DNA of 64,000 nucleotides, taken from contig CAVNZM010000005.1 in NCBI GenBank assembly GCA_963693365.1, positions 6,699,888 to 6,763,887 of the forward strand, read 5' to 3'. The stretch's first letter is position 1. Each line of letters begins with the position of its first letter. Positions 13,428 through 25,427 of this stretch are shown piece by piece. The translations under genes were made by a program, and so were the position numbers. Under the pieces are notes generated by a model, which worked only from the letters and a program-made list of their open reading frames with translations, was not told where the DNA came from and did not search any database. The stretch is from Amoebidium appalachense. Taxonomy: Eukaryota; Protista; Ichthyosporea.

Positions 13428-13654
13428 ATGTGTGTGTGTGTGTGTGCGTGCGCTAGAATTTTGTAATGATGTGTTTCTCAAGCCAATCAATACATCTAAT
13501 AAACAGGTCGTAGTTACGCGTGTTTAGTATGAAATCAAGGATGTTGTAATTTACAGGTAGGCTATCTTTCTGGGTGTCTGTTGTGAATGTGACGTGTGTG
13601 TGTTGCGGTATTATGTGGTCTATCAAATTACATTTGGCGATACATGACCGTTTA

Positions 13655-14214
13655 GGTTTTATTTGTGGAAATTATTGACATAAATATTTTTCTGGGTAAA
13701 CACGTAGGATGGGTGTCCGATATCAACAGACTTCGTTTCATGTTTTAGCAGTTCGCGTTCGGCTGCCCGCATACGGGCACCTATTAGCCGATCAAAACAT
13801 CAGATTCCACAGATCACTAGACCGAGTTTGATTGGCTCAGGATCAGATTTCACATAACACTAGATCGATTTTGATTGGCTCAGATCGGTAGCCTTAGGTA
13901 TATAAGCACGACAGTTTTTAGCAGATCAGCAAGCAACAAACACATCTTCTGTGTTTAGCACCTACAGCTTTACAGCTATATTTTTCTTTTTCACCCACCC
14001 ACCTACACCCTACACTCAACCCCCATTGATCCCCACATACGTGCTGTTTTTTCACGGGGCGAAGACTTCCCCCGTTTTTTTGGGCACAAGGACCTCACGG
14101 ATCAATAAATTGATGACTGGGGGCTTGCCGTGGTTTACAACCATTGCAGGTTCACTTTCGTCCAAGGGGATGTCCCCCTAGAGGCAACACACGTCCCGGA
14201 GTAGTTTTCATAGA
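13655..14214 (+). mobile_element. Solo terminal repeat (A + spacer + B) of the Ngaro family
   Basis: Reverse complement of the terminal blocks at 37578-38135 and 23658-24225 (GGTTTTATTTGTGG...GTAGTTTTCATAGA). No coding region. Confidence 0.9.
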
Positions 14215-16035
14215 AACTGGTGTGTGTGTGTGTTGTTTGGGCATGCAAACGATGCCACCTTATACTTATTAGATCTCCACTGTATAGCACGTGTACAGTA
14301 AAAGCGTGGTAATTGATCAATAATACCATCAGCTAGAGAAAGACCAGTTCTACAGGAAGGTAATATGTATTTAGGTGTTGTGTCGTATCCTATAGTGTAT
14401 GTACTAGAGACGCGGCACTCTACTGAGTGTACACACACGAAAAGGAACGAACGTGTACGGAAAAACGGTAAAGTTAATTCAGACCAGGCTCCGACGGGCA
14501 AACTTAGATCCGTACGGAATGAGACTAAGTTACAACTGAGGCCATCAAGGCCGTGCCCTCAAAGATCATCATCACCTGGCCCCCTACGATGCCACATTCC
14601 AAACATTCCGATCTACTTTTATCGTGCGCCTGCACGAGCTAAGTCGATCTACTCAACTAATATATTTATCCATGTCTCACCCCTCACCCTCCCCCTAGTG
14701 GCACCGCAGAGTCTAAGTCTACATTTCATACTATCCTCCCCCCCCCTCCCTCCCCCCTTTCCTCTACATCGAAATATATAAATACGTTTGGCAACATACA
14801 CTATCAAACCTTGCCAATACTTACAAAAGGGCTTCTGCCCGAACAATCACATTCCTAAGTCCTCCTACGATCATCTATCCTACACACTAATTAGAATTCT
14901 ATTGGTCGGCTGCCCCGGCTGACGTGGTCCAATGCCCTGCGCCGGCAGAGGCAAGATGCACGCAGCTGTACAGCTATCTTGAGGCCTCGAACTTGATCTT
15001 GATGATCTGTGGACCCGGGCCCACCCCCCCCCCCCCCCCCCCCCCCCCCCGGATCTCGATCGTAGACTTAGGCTGATCTGCTGAGACGGATTAGTATATG
15101 TCATGTTGTACATTTGTGAGTGCCATATTGGCAATATGGTTAAGGCGGTCATTGTATATAAAACGAGACATAAGGCTTAGTTTTTCAAGGTGTCTGTTAT
15201 GTCTCCGCGGCGAGCATTCGTGTCAATCGATCGATTCAGATCTATTCAGATCTATTTGCTTTATTTACAATTCGTCGGTGCCGGCTCATCCAGTCAGATG
15301 TCGGCGTTTGCTGATGAATGAGCCAATCATAAATGTTATATCTGCTTTTCCAATCGGATGATCAAATACAATTACATATGTTCGGTTACTTGGAAACGAA
15401 CTACAGTGAGACTCGCGTGAGTGGACACTTATGGCCTCTTCTGTGTTGATTGGAACACGTAAATGCTGCGGCCATAGAGAACGAATAACTAACAAGCAGG
15501 TTGTGAGTGATTGGGGAGTCTCATATTCGACCAGTCATGTTGAGGGCATCCCGGTAAAGTCCAGCTGCAATGAGTGGTCGTTGTAAACCTGCAGTTACAC
15601 ATGTGAGAGAGACAGCACTCCGAAAGGTAACTGGTAACCAAAGTCATAAACAGGAAAAGTACTGGTACCTGTTTATTTGGAGTATATTTCGGGGCTGTGT
15701 AAGTCATAAGTCATGCAGCAGTAAAGATTATATATGAGTGTTAGAACCGGCAAGAGACCAAGTAGTCACACACAGTAATTACTAGCCCTGTACTAATCTG
15801 TAATATGATTGGTCGGCTAGGGAGTTGTGTAATTGGTCAAGTAATCTTGTCCGGGTCGACCATCCGTATATAAACGCACGCATCGATCCTCTGAAATCCA
15901 GTTCAGAGTGAACCCCGTTTACACTCATACACATACATTTTACACTGAAGTGTCCGTGAGGATACTTTACAAGCTACACCAATCCAATTGCTATATTGCA
16001 AAACTTCCGTCTCGGCTGTTGCTTTCGCCCCCAAC

Positions 16036-17433
16036 ATGGAGCCTGAACCCCCCTTTTCGCCGGTCGCCGGGCTGAGTGCAACCTTCGCCCAGGCTCTTGT
16101 TTTTGGCCCCCTCGGCAAGCTCAAGGATGCCACCGTCAGCAAGTTCACCCAGTGGCGCGGCCAAGTTATGGATCCGCAGGATGAGATAGACCCAGAGTTT
16201 CTCGACGCTCTGCCCCCCTGTGTGATGGAGTGGCAAGACCCTATTGTGATGGATGAAGTGTTCTACGACGCTCCTGCGGCCAGGGCTTCTCAGGTTCCTG
16301 AAGTGTGTGCTGCTGCTGCAGCTATGATGGAGAAGCTCAAGCTTCCTCAACTCTCCAAGGCTGATAACGTGTTTGAATGGTACCGTCTCATCGATCGCAT
16401 CGCCAAGCTGTCCCCCGACACTTCCCTGGCCCAGTGGCAAGTCATGATTCTGCAGAGTGTGAACCGGGCAAGTGGTGATCCTCGTGTGTTGGAGATGGCT
16501 ACCCTCCTTGACGACTACATGGACCCTGAAAACGACAAGAAGACGGTGCCGGTTCGTGCCCTCAGCATTGACGGAGAGGAGCGTTCGGAGGCCTCTCTCT
16601 TTCACCTGGCTTCTCGGACACCACTGAAGACGACTCGCCCTATGCACAAGGGCAAGGGTGAGATTCTGCAGGTCGAAGTCGAACTGACTGCGTCTGAGTG
16701 GCTGCTGCGTTTCATCGAGAACTACTGGCTGACCAACATTCGGCGTGAATCATATGAGACACAGATCCGGGCCCTCCGTTTCACTCCCACGTCGGATGCC
16801 ACGGCTGCCAGTATTGGTGGCCAAGTGACGGCACATACCAACACGTTTCGCCGTCTGCTGGAGTTAGCTGGTTTGAACACCGACGTCAGCGGTCAAATGC
16901 AACGTAGTTTATACAGGAATACGTTTGAGGCAGATGCGCAGTTGTGGGAAATAGCTCAGGCAAATAGCAGGCTCGATGAGGCTCAGTCAAAAATTATTAA
17001 CAAGCTCGAGGGTCGTTTCGCTAGTCGGCAGGCGGCCAAGAAAGCGCAGGTCAATAGTGTTTCCACCCCAGGTAACAACGGTAGTGGTATTGGTGCTCCG
17101 GAGATTGCTGCCCTGCAGGCTCAGATAGCTAGCTTATCGGCTCAGGTGGCTGCCTTCCAGGCTGCCGGTGGTAAGGCCAAAAATGACCGTCAACCCCGTC
17201 GCCCGGCTCCCTATCAGAAAAACGGCAAGCACGGTAGCCAACAGGGTAGTGAGAGACCAGTAGTGCCTATTTCAGATCGAGTTTGTTTTCATTGTACGGG
17301 GATAGGGCATCAGAAACGGGACTGTCCCAACCGAAAATTGCCTAAGACTTTTCCCTCAGCCCCCGAAGGTATTAGGTGGAAAGATCATGCTCAGCAGGCG
17401 TCGGCTAAAATTTTGGCCGAGCGTCGGCGTTGA
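16036..17433 (+). CDS. gag: Gypsy Gag
   Basis: ATG at 16036 just inside the 5' LTR boundary. CCHC knuckle CFHCTGIGHQKRDC near the C-terminus. Confidence 0.9.
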   Translation: MEPEPPFSPVAGLSATFAQALVFGPLGKLKDATVSKFTQWRGQVMDPQDEIDPEFLDALPPCVMEWQDPIVMDEVFYDAPAARASQVPEVCAAAAAMMEKLKLPQLSKADNVFEWYRLIDRIAKLSPDTSLAQWQVMILQSVNRASGDPRVLEMATLLDDYMDPENDKKTVPVRALSIDGEERSEASLFHLASRTPLKTTRPMHKGKGEILQVEVELTASEWLLRFIENYWLTNIRRESYETQIRALRFTPTSDATAASIGGQVTAHTNTFRRLLELAGLNTDVSGQMQRSLYRNTFEADAQLWEIAQANSRLDEAQSKIINKLEGRFASRQAAKKAQVNSVSTPGNNGSGIGAPEIAALQAQIASLSAQVAAFQAAGGKAKNDRQPRRPAPYQKNGKHGSQQGSERPVVPISDRVCFHCTGIGHQKRDCPNRKLPKTFPSAPEGIRWKDHAQQASAKILAERRR

Positions 17434-20400
17434 CGGGGCGCTGAGAGTGGGGTAGAGTATATTGCAGTTGAGGCTATGTGCAGTGATAGTGAAATGTCTA
17501 AAATCAACGTGTCTTGTTATACAGATACTGTTGAAGTAAATAAGACAATAAATCACTCACGGCCTGGTGCCGTAAATCAGTCAGTTAAAACTGCTGTGGT
17601 GCAATTTACCCCCTCTCTCGTTGAGAATCAGCATGAAGCTAAGTCTTTCCCCCGTTCCCCCCTTTCCCCCCTTTCCCCACACCCCCCACCCCCCTTCCTC
17701 CCGTCCCCCCCCTTTTCCCCTTCCCCCACCCCCTCCCCACCCCCCACCCCCCTCCCCCCTTCCAATATTTCTGTGTCGGTGATAGAGACTAGTGTGGAAA
17801 GTAGTGAAGTGGAAATTTCTGTGTTACAGGAAGTGTTTGCATCTTTAATTCAGCCAGCTGAAGCACGGTTATATGTTCCTGTGGTATTGGGTGATGTTCA
17901 AATTCATGATGCTCTTTTAGATGGTGGTGCAAACATTAATTGTGTGCATGAAAAAGTTATTTGTAATTTAATGAAGATGGGTGCACGTGTTACAATGTTT
18001 TCAAATAACTTAGTGAGTGGTGTGAAGACTGCCAATCCTGATGCATCGTTGAATGTGGTGGGCCGGGTCACTCTCCCATGTACCATTGGTTCCCACACAT
18101 TATTTGTCACGTTTGCTGTTTGTGCAAACATGGGTCAGAGTATGATTTTAGGCCGTCCATTTTCAAAGGCACATGTTAAATTGTTAGATGAAGAATCTAA
18201 TAAGTTGCATTTGAAGAAGGGTGGTAGTGTACGTTTGCACACGGGTACGGAGGGGTATCAAAGTACTGCACACACTGTCAGCGAAATTTGTGTACCTCCC
18301 CACAGTCGTGCATTCGTCCGGGTGAACTTAGACAAATTTGCTGTCGTGGCAGATATAGGTGTCTTTGTTCCGGCAGCTAGGTTACTTCCATTTGTGAGTC
18401 CTTCATATAGTAAAGTGGCGGCTGATAAAACAATCATGATCGAAGTAGAAAATCGAAATTTTGATTCAGAATTAGTAATACCTGCTGGCACGCGATTGGG
18501 ATATATCGAAGGGCAGCTGCCTTTCGATACAGTTGTTGCAGAAATAGTTATCCCCACCCCCGAGCTACCTTCAGATAAACTTAGTAATCCGGAAGCATGT
18601 GGCCAGCCCGAGACATCAACACCAACAGGAAGTCGCTCGCCTACGGTTGATGGTGTTTCAGTGTCTGCGGTTACCACGGTGTCTGGTCATCAGTCCGATG
18701 CAGTAGGTGTCAATCCCTCATCCACAGAAAAGGGCCCTTCTAGTGATGATATTGGTAAAGCAGACGGAGTGTGTGCAGGTGAAGGTGCAAGTAGTAACTG
18801 TAACAAGGAGGGTGATTCCGGTGAAGTGAGTCTCCCCTGGGGTATGGTAGATCCAGGTTGGACGGATCAGCAATGTGCCTTAATTCTTCCCATGTTAAAT
18901 CGAGTCAAAAATGTATTTCTTAGGCATCCAAAAGATCACGGTTTTGTGAAGGGATATACAGTGGCAATTGATACAGGTGATGCCAGTCCTGTGGTGATGC
19001 CTCAGTATCGAATGGAGCAATCGAAATTAGAGTCAGGTAGGCAAATGATTAGTGAATTTCGAGAAATGCAGATTTTAGAGCCTAGTAAAAGTCAGTGGCG
19101 GTCACCGGTACTTTTAATTAAAAAACCAGACGGGTCCTACAGGATGTGCACAGACCTACGCGGCCTTAACTCTGTCACTAAAAAGGATCTCTTTCCCCTT
19201 CCCCGTATTGATGAATTACTTGATAGTTTTCATGGCTATAAGTGGTTCTGTGTCCTCGATTTGAAAAATGCATTTTTTCAGTGTCGGCTTAGGGAAGAGG
19301 ATAAGGAGAAGACTGCTTTTGCATTCGATGGTGAGTTGTGGCAGTTTACTGTGATGCCCCAAGGTCTTGTGCATGCACCTGCAAATTTGTGTCGTATTAT
19401 GCGCGATATCTTGCGTCCGTGTTTATCGTATACGGCGTGTTATATGGATGACGCATGTGTCAAAGGGAGAACGTTTGAAGAATTAGTTTCTAATTGTGAA
19501 AAAGTGTTCTCTGTGTTGGAAGCTGCTGGTATGAAAGTGAGTGGTAAAAAGACCATAGTGGGGGTGCAAGATGTTAAATTCCTGGGTCATAGGATCACGA
19601 AGGATGGTGTTATTCCTGATCCTAGTAAAATCAAGGCTATTACAGAATGGCCTCACCCTAAAACGGTCACTCAGCTCAGGCAGTTTCTAGGACTAACCAA
19701 TTACCTCCGTCGTTTTATACGGAGGTATGCCGAAATTGCTCACCCTCTTACTAAGCAGACAGGTGGTGACAGAAAAGCCCCCGTGTTGTGGGACTCTGAA
19801 GCTTTAGAAGCTTTTGAACGGTTAAAAGAAGTATTGGTAAGTGATAATGTTCTCGTTCACCCCGATTTCTCCCCCACACAAGGTATTTTCCGAGTTCGGG
19901 TAGATGCCAGTTTAGTCAGTGAGGGTGGCATACTGTATCAAGAACAGGATAAAGTAGATAGAGTAGTTGCATATGGCAGTCGAGTATTTTCCCCCACGGA
20001 ACGACGTTACAGTAATCCAGAACGGGAAAGTCATGCTATCTATCATTTCATTACCAAAGAGTGGAGACATATTTTGGTAGGTAGGACGTTTGAGGTGTAT
20101 TCTGATCACAAACCTACTTTAGCCATGAAAGGTCTTACTAAGCTAACCAACGAACGCATGCAACGGTGGGCTGCAGAGTTAGCTTCGTTTGATTACAAGG
20201 CTTTTTATGCAAAAGGTGAAAGTATGAAAGATTGTGATGCACTCAGTAGAAATGCATACATCGAGTATGATAAATTCACCCAAACACACCCTTTTGATGG
20301 AGTAAATGTTGAAGTAGATTCAATCAACGTGTCAAATCAGCATGTGTGGGCTGCTGAAGTAGACATCTCCTCTCTTAAGGATAGTATGGTGAAGGTAGGG

Positions 20401-22222
20401 GCCCCGGTACACGGTGGGACCCCGAATTCGTTCACCTCTCCTTCCCAGTTTTCTACACCTGTTTTTCAGGAACAGGTGGTGTCGTCACAACGCAGTGACA
20501 GGTTTTTGCACGACGTGATATGTCAAGTGGAGCAACGTCCAGGGGATATGGTTTTTTCGGTGGATAAACCCACCAAAGGCCAACGTCGGACATGGGAAAA
20601 TCGTACAAAAAGGTGTGCTCTCCAATGTGTGTTGCAAGATGGTGTTCTTTATCATTTAAGTGGGCCACAAGGTCAACGTTTGTGGGTTCCCCCCTCGTTT
20701 GGTTGATATGGTGCTTGAACACATGCATGATGCTCCGTGGGCGGGTCATTTAGGTGTGTCCCGTACATATCAACGTGTGCAAGTGAATTATTATTGGCCT
20801 GGCATGAGTAAGGATGTGGAGAGAAAGATGTTGGGATGTCATGCATGTGCATTTCACAATCAATCCACACACATGCGAAGTCGGGTCCCCCAGTATCATG
20901 GTACTTTTATTAAGGCTTTTGAACGGGTAGCTATGGATGTGATGGGGCCTTTCCCCGAAACAGTGCAGGGTAATCATTATATTGTTACTCTCACTGATTT
21001 AGCTACACGTTGGACTGAAACTGTCCCTATTCGTTCAAGTGATGCAGTGACGTTGGCACGTGTGTTTTTGCATCATGTTTGTCTTCGTTTTGGCCCCCCC
21101 CGTTCTGTGTTAAGTGATAGGGGTAGCTCATTTTTGTCTGAAATAATGAGTGAGGTGTGTAAACTGTTGGGTGTGTCATTGTTGCATACGTCTGCTTACC
21201 ACCCTCAAGCAAATGGCGTTGCTGAACGTGCACATGCAGTGTTTCAATCGTGTTTAGCAAAATATGTGGATATGGAGCACGCTGACTGGGATAGTGTACT
21301 TCCTTTTGTGGTGCATGCTTATCGTACCACACCTAATGCTATCACTGGTTTTTCTCCGTATTTTCTTGTGCATGGTCAGGAGTGTACCGAGTTCTTAGAT
21401 GTGAGTATGCTTCCTGCCTTCTCTGGTCCTCTCCGTATGGAAGAGTGGACTAAGTATAGGGAGGAGGTGTTGGCTCGAGTTTTGCATGCCCGTGAAGTGG
21501 CACGGCAACGTACAGAGCAAGCACATGAATCTCTTACTAACAGCACTAACACTAACATTCCTCTCCGTACTTTTAAAGTGGGCAGTAAGGTGTTGGTTAG
21601 GAATTTCACCCGTGCTAAGGGTGGCCCCGTGAAGAAATGGAGACCACGGTTCTTGGGTCCATATATAGTGTTAGCCCGGATAGGTATTACTGAATACAAA
21701 CTCCGGCATACGGTGAATGAGCACGATATTCGCCAGTATAACGTCGACGACATTAAGGCTTACCACGAATTTGCCTTCCGTGCTCTTTCGACGTTTTCTC
21801 AGTGTCCTAACACCCAGCATAACGGTATTCCAGAGTTAGGTGGCATGGACACCACGGTAGAGAAAATTTTGGATAAGAAAGTAGTTACAGTCAACGGCCA
21901 TGCAACCACTTATTATCGAGTCAAATTTGCAGGCTACGACACGGCTTTCAATCAGTGGCGTCCAGAGTCTTTATTATGGTGCCCAGAGTTAATCCAAGCA
22001 TACGAACGTCGGGTAGTTAGACAACCTTCTCATCCTAAGGTTGTTGTTCCTAGAAATCCAAAAACACCACGGGTAGACAAACAGGTCGACGTCACTCAGT
22101 CGGTGAGTGTTAACTCGACACCAAATGCTACAGATGCACGCACGGCTCGTCTTTTACGACGACGGCAGTTGCGCGATGTTCTGTTCCCACGGCGGGAAAA
22201 GAAACTTGAATCGATGTGTTAA
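17434..22222 (+). CDS. pol: Gypsy Pol (PR, dUTPase-like segment, RT, RNase H, integrase, chromodomain), one frameshift at ~20689-20694
   Basis: LLDGGA (protease), LDLKNAFFQ and YMDD (RT), VDAS..YSDHK..DALSR (RNase H), HDAPWAGH..CHAC with DVMG/DRG/AER (integrase), VEKILDKK..YRVKFAGY..NQWRPE (chromodomain). ORFs 17476-20706 and 20660-22222 join if one C is removed from the C6 run. Confidence 0.93.
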
Positions 22223-23566
22223 ACTTTGTCTCTTCTTCGTCGGAGCTCAGATTTCCTGCTGAGGGGGGGATTGTTATGTCTCCGCGGCGAGCATTCGTGT
22301 CAATCGATCGATTCAGATCTATTCAGATCTATTTGCTTTATTTACAATTCGTCGGTGCCGGCTCATCCAGTCAGATGTCGGCGTTTGCTGATGAATGAGC
22401 CAATCATAAATGTTATATCTGCTTTTCCAATCGGATGATCAAATACAATTACATATGTTCGGTTACTTGGAAACGAACTACAGTGAGACTCGCGTGAGTG
22501 GACACTTATGGCCTCTTCTGTGTTGATTGGAACACGTAAATGCTGCGGCCATAGAGAACGAATAACTAACAAGCAGGTTGTGAGTGATTGGGGAGTCTCA
22601 TATTCGACCAGTCATGTTGAGGGCATCCCGGTAAAGTCCAGCTGCAATGAGTGGTCGTTGTAAACCTGCAGTTACACATGTGAGAGAGACAGCACTCCGA
22701 AAGGTAACTGGTAACCAAAGTCATAAACAGGAAAAGTACTGGTACCTGTTTATTTGGAGTATATTTCGGGGCTGTGTAAGTCATAAGTCATGCAGCAGTA
22801 AAGATTATATATGAGTGTTAGAACCGGCAAGAGACCAAGTAGTCACACACAGTAATTACTAGCCCTGTACTAATCTGTAATATGATTGGTCGGCTAGGGA
22901 GTTGTGTAATTGGTCAAGTAATCTTGTCCGGGTCGACCATCCGTATATAAACGCACGCATCGATCCTCTGAAATCCAGTTCAGAGTGAACCCCGTTTACA
23001 CTCATACACATACATTTTACACTGAAGTGTCCGTGAGGATACTTTACAGCTTTTTTTTTTGTCTGCTTTCATCGGTCTAGTGTCGTGTGGTATCTTTTTC
23101 CATTTGTTATATTGCGTGATTATCTTGTGATTGTGTACATGTTTAATAAGTAAGTGGCAGTCTAAAGTCACACGCACACTTTTGCGGGGTTTATTTGTAT
23201 TTGTGCCCGGGGGAGAAGGAGAGAGAGAGGGAAGGAAAGAGGGGAGAGGTGAGGAGGGGACAGGTCGGATAGAGAAGAGAGGGCGGGAGGGCAAATACTT
23301 CTTTAAGTGGCTTATGTGCTTATTGAATTTCAGCGCGAGATGGGATGCCCGTACGTCCAGTTGCTGTAGTAGTACAACGACCGAAGATGAAGTAGATAGT
23401 AGCTATTCAACGTGTAGCACCGTCCCTCCTCAGTGCAGTTGAAATTGTCGTGACGAGTAGAAGTAGACTGGACTTGAGAAAGTCGCTTGTAGAAGCTTGT
23501 CGATGGACGTGTCTGACAGCACGTAGGAGTAAGCGTGTGCTCCATCTCAAGTAGGCGGTGACGCCA

Positions 23567-23582
23567 CTATTCTTTGCTACCA
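23567..23582 (-). promoter_or_regulatory. Primer-binding site of the outer LTR element (initiator tRNA-Met-like)
   Basis: TGGTAGCAAAGAATAG directly after the LTR end. Similar to the complement of the iMet tRNA 3' end (TGGTAGCAGAG). Confidence 0.65.
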
Positions 23583-24342
23583 TATCAGAATAAATGTGGA
23601 GCAGAGGCAGGATATTCGGTCCTGTGACATCTGTAAGAGACAATCGCTTCTACATAGTCTATGACAACTACTCCGGGACGTGTGTTGCCTCTAGGGGGAC
23701 ATCCCCTTGGACGAAAGTGAACCTGCAATGGTTGTAAACCACGGCAGGCCCCCAGTCATCAATTTATTGATCCGTGAGGTCCATGTGCCCAAAAAACGGG
23801 GGAAGTCTTCGCCCCGTGAAAAAACAGCACGTATGTGTGGATCAATGGGGGTTGTGTGTGGGTGTAGGTGGGTGGGTGAAAAGGAGTATATAGCTGTAAG
23901 GCTGTGGATGCTAAACACAGAAGATGTGTTTGTAGCTTGCTGATCTGCTAAAAACTGTCGTGCTTATATACCTAAGCCTACCGATCTAAGCCAATCAAAA
24001 CTCGATCTAGTGATATGTGAAATCTGATCCGAGCCAATCATAACTCGGTATAGTGATCTGTGGTATCTGATGTTTTGACTGGCTAATAGGTGTCCGTGTG
24101 CGGGGAGCCAACCGCTAACTGCTAAAACACGAAATGAAGCCTACATGGTTATGTTGGTATCGAACACCCATCCTACGTATTTTCCCAGAAAAATATTTAT
24201 GTCAATAATTTCCACAAATAAAACCTCTATGACAACTACTCCGGGACGTGTGTTGCCTCTAGGGGGACATCCCCTTGGACGAAAGTGAACCTGCAATGGT
24301 TGTAAACCACGGCACGAGAGCAGTATGCTTGCTCCAAAGGTT

Positions 24343-25374
24343 TCACTTAAGAATAGAGGCGAATACACGTGTGGTGGTGGCAGCAATGGAGGCCGGACGA
24401 AGTCGGGTATAGATCAGGAAGCAGTCGGAGGACCACCGGCCGAGTTGTTTGATCCGGGAGTCGTCGACCCCGGCCTCAGCCAGTGCTGTGGCCCCCCCGA
24501 TGCGGAGGCTGTGTCCGGCAAACCGGGAGGGTGAGAGGCCTGCCCGGGAGAGGAGGGCACGGAAATCGGCAGAGAAAGCACTCTTGGTGTAGGGGATGCC
24601 ACCGAGACTGAAGAGGGGGTCGTCGGGTTGACCGGACGTTGTATCCAGGAACTGCCGGAGGAGATGGGCTGGGGAGAAGTGGGTGAGGGGCAGGGCAGCT
24701 AGGGTGACGTTGACACCTCGGGCCTGTACATCCGTCTTAGACGTTGGCAGGTGGAGGGTGGCATGGGACAAAGTACCGGTGGGGGTGTAGCTGAAGGTCA
24801 CGTCCTTCCGTTTAACGTGACGGGACGGGTCGAAAGAAGTCAGGGTCTTGGAGGTAAATTCCCCTGACCGGAGGAGACCACAGAAACCGACGATGAGGGC
24901 CGTCCATAGCCGGAGGTTGGCCGAGGAGGCCTTGGTGGGGCACTGGCCATGGAGTAGGCGGAGGTGGGAGGGGAGGAGGGGTTCCCTGGTGGATGAGCGG
25001 GGTCGGATGTTGTGAGAAAGCTGCCATCGGCCTACCCCCCGTAGGAACCAGGCCAGAGACTTGTCGTGGGGGTAGGGAGCAGGGAGGCCCATGTCGAGGT
25101 GGAGCCTGGTGATGGCCGAATTGTAGCCGGTTAAGGAAGAGGCCTGTACCCCTCGTTGGGCACACCAGGCGAGAAAAAGTTGCACGGTGTGTGGGGAGGC
25201 CGGGAGGGAGGACCCGGAGGAGGATTGCAGCCGAGATGCCACACAGAAATCGATGAACACCTTTTGCACCCGGGAGTAAAAGGCCCGAGAGTCGAGGTTG
25301 AGACTCAGGGCCTGGCATTCCTGCAGGGTAGTGGTGGCTCGAAGCAGCTCGGCCGGAGCAAAGTGGGGGGCCAA
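24343..25374 (-). CDS. Ngaro tyrosine recombinase (true start probably upstream at ATG 25543, across a poly-C tract)
   Basis: LLRSGE, SKTD, HSLRIGGATA and LGRWSS..FLIYTR catalytic motifs. Confidence 0.93.
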   Translation of the reverse strand: MAPHFAPAELLRATTTLQECQALSLNLDSRAFYSRVQKVFIDFCVASRLQSSSGSSLPASPHTVQLFLAWCAQRGVQASSLTGYNSAITRLHLDMGLPAPYPHDKSLAWFLRGVGRWQLSHNIRPRSSTREPLLPSHLRLLHGQCPTKASSANLRLWTALIVGFCGLLRSGEFTSKTLTSFDPSRHVKRKDVTFSYTPTGTLSHATLHLPTSKTDVQARGVNVTLAALPLTHFSPAHLLRQFLDTTSGQPDDPLFSLGGIPYTKSAFSADFRALLSRAGLSPSRFAGHSLRIGGATALAEAGVDDSRIKQLGRWSSDCFLIYTRLRPASIAATTTRVFASILK

Positions 25375-25427
25375 TCTGCCAGTGTTGCTCCGGAACGGGA
25401 GATCTGGGGGGGGGGGGGGGGGGGGGG

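Larger units (their letters stand above)
15195..23048 (+). mobile_element. Full-length Ty3/Gypsy LTR retrotransposon with chromodomain (chromovirus-like)
   Basis: Two apparently identical 777-bp TG...CA LTRs (15195-15971, 22272-23048), [13 protein letters not shown] at 22261-22270, domain order gag-PR-RT-RH-IN-chromo. Confidence 0.97.
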
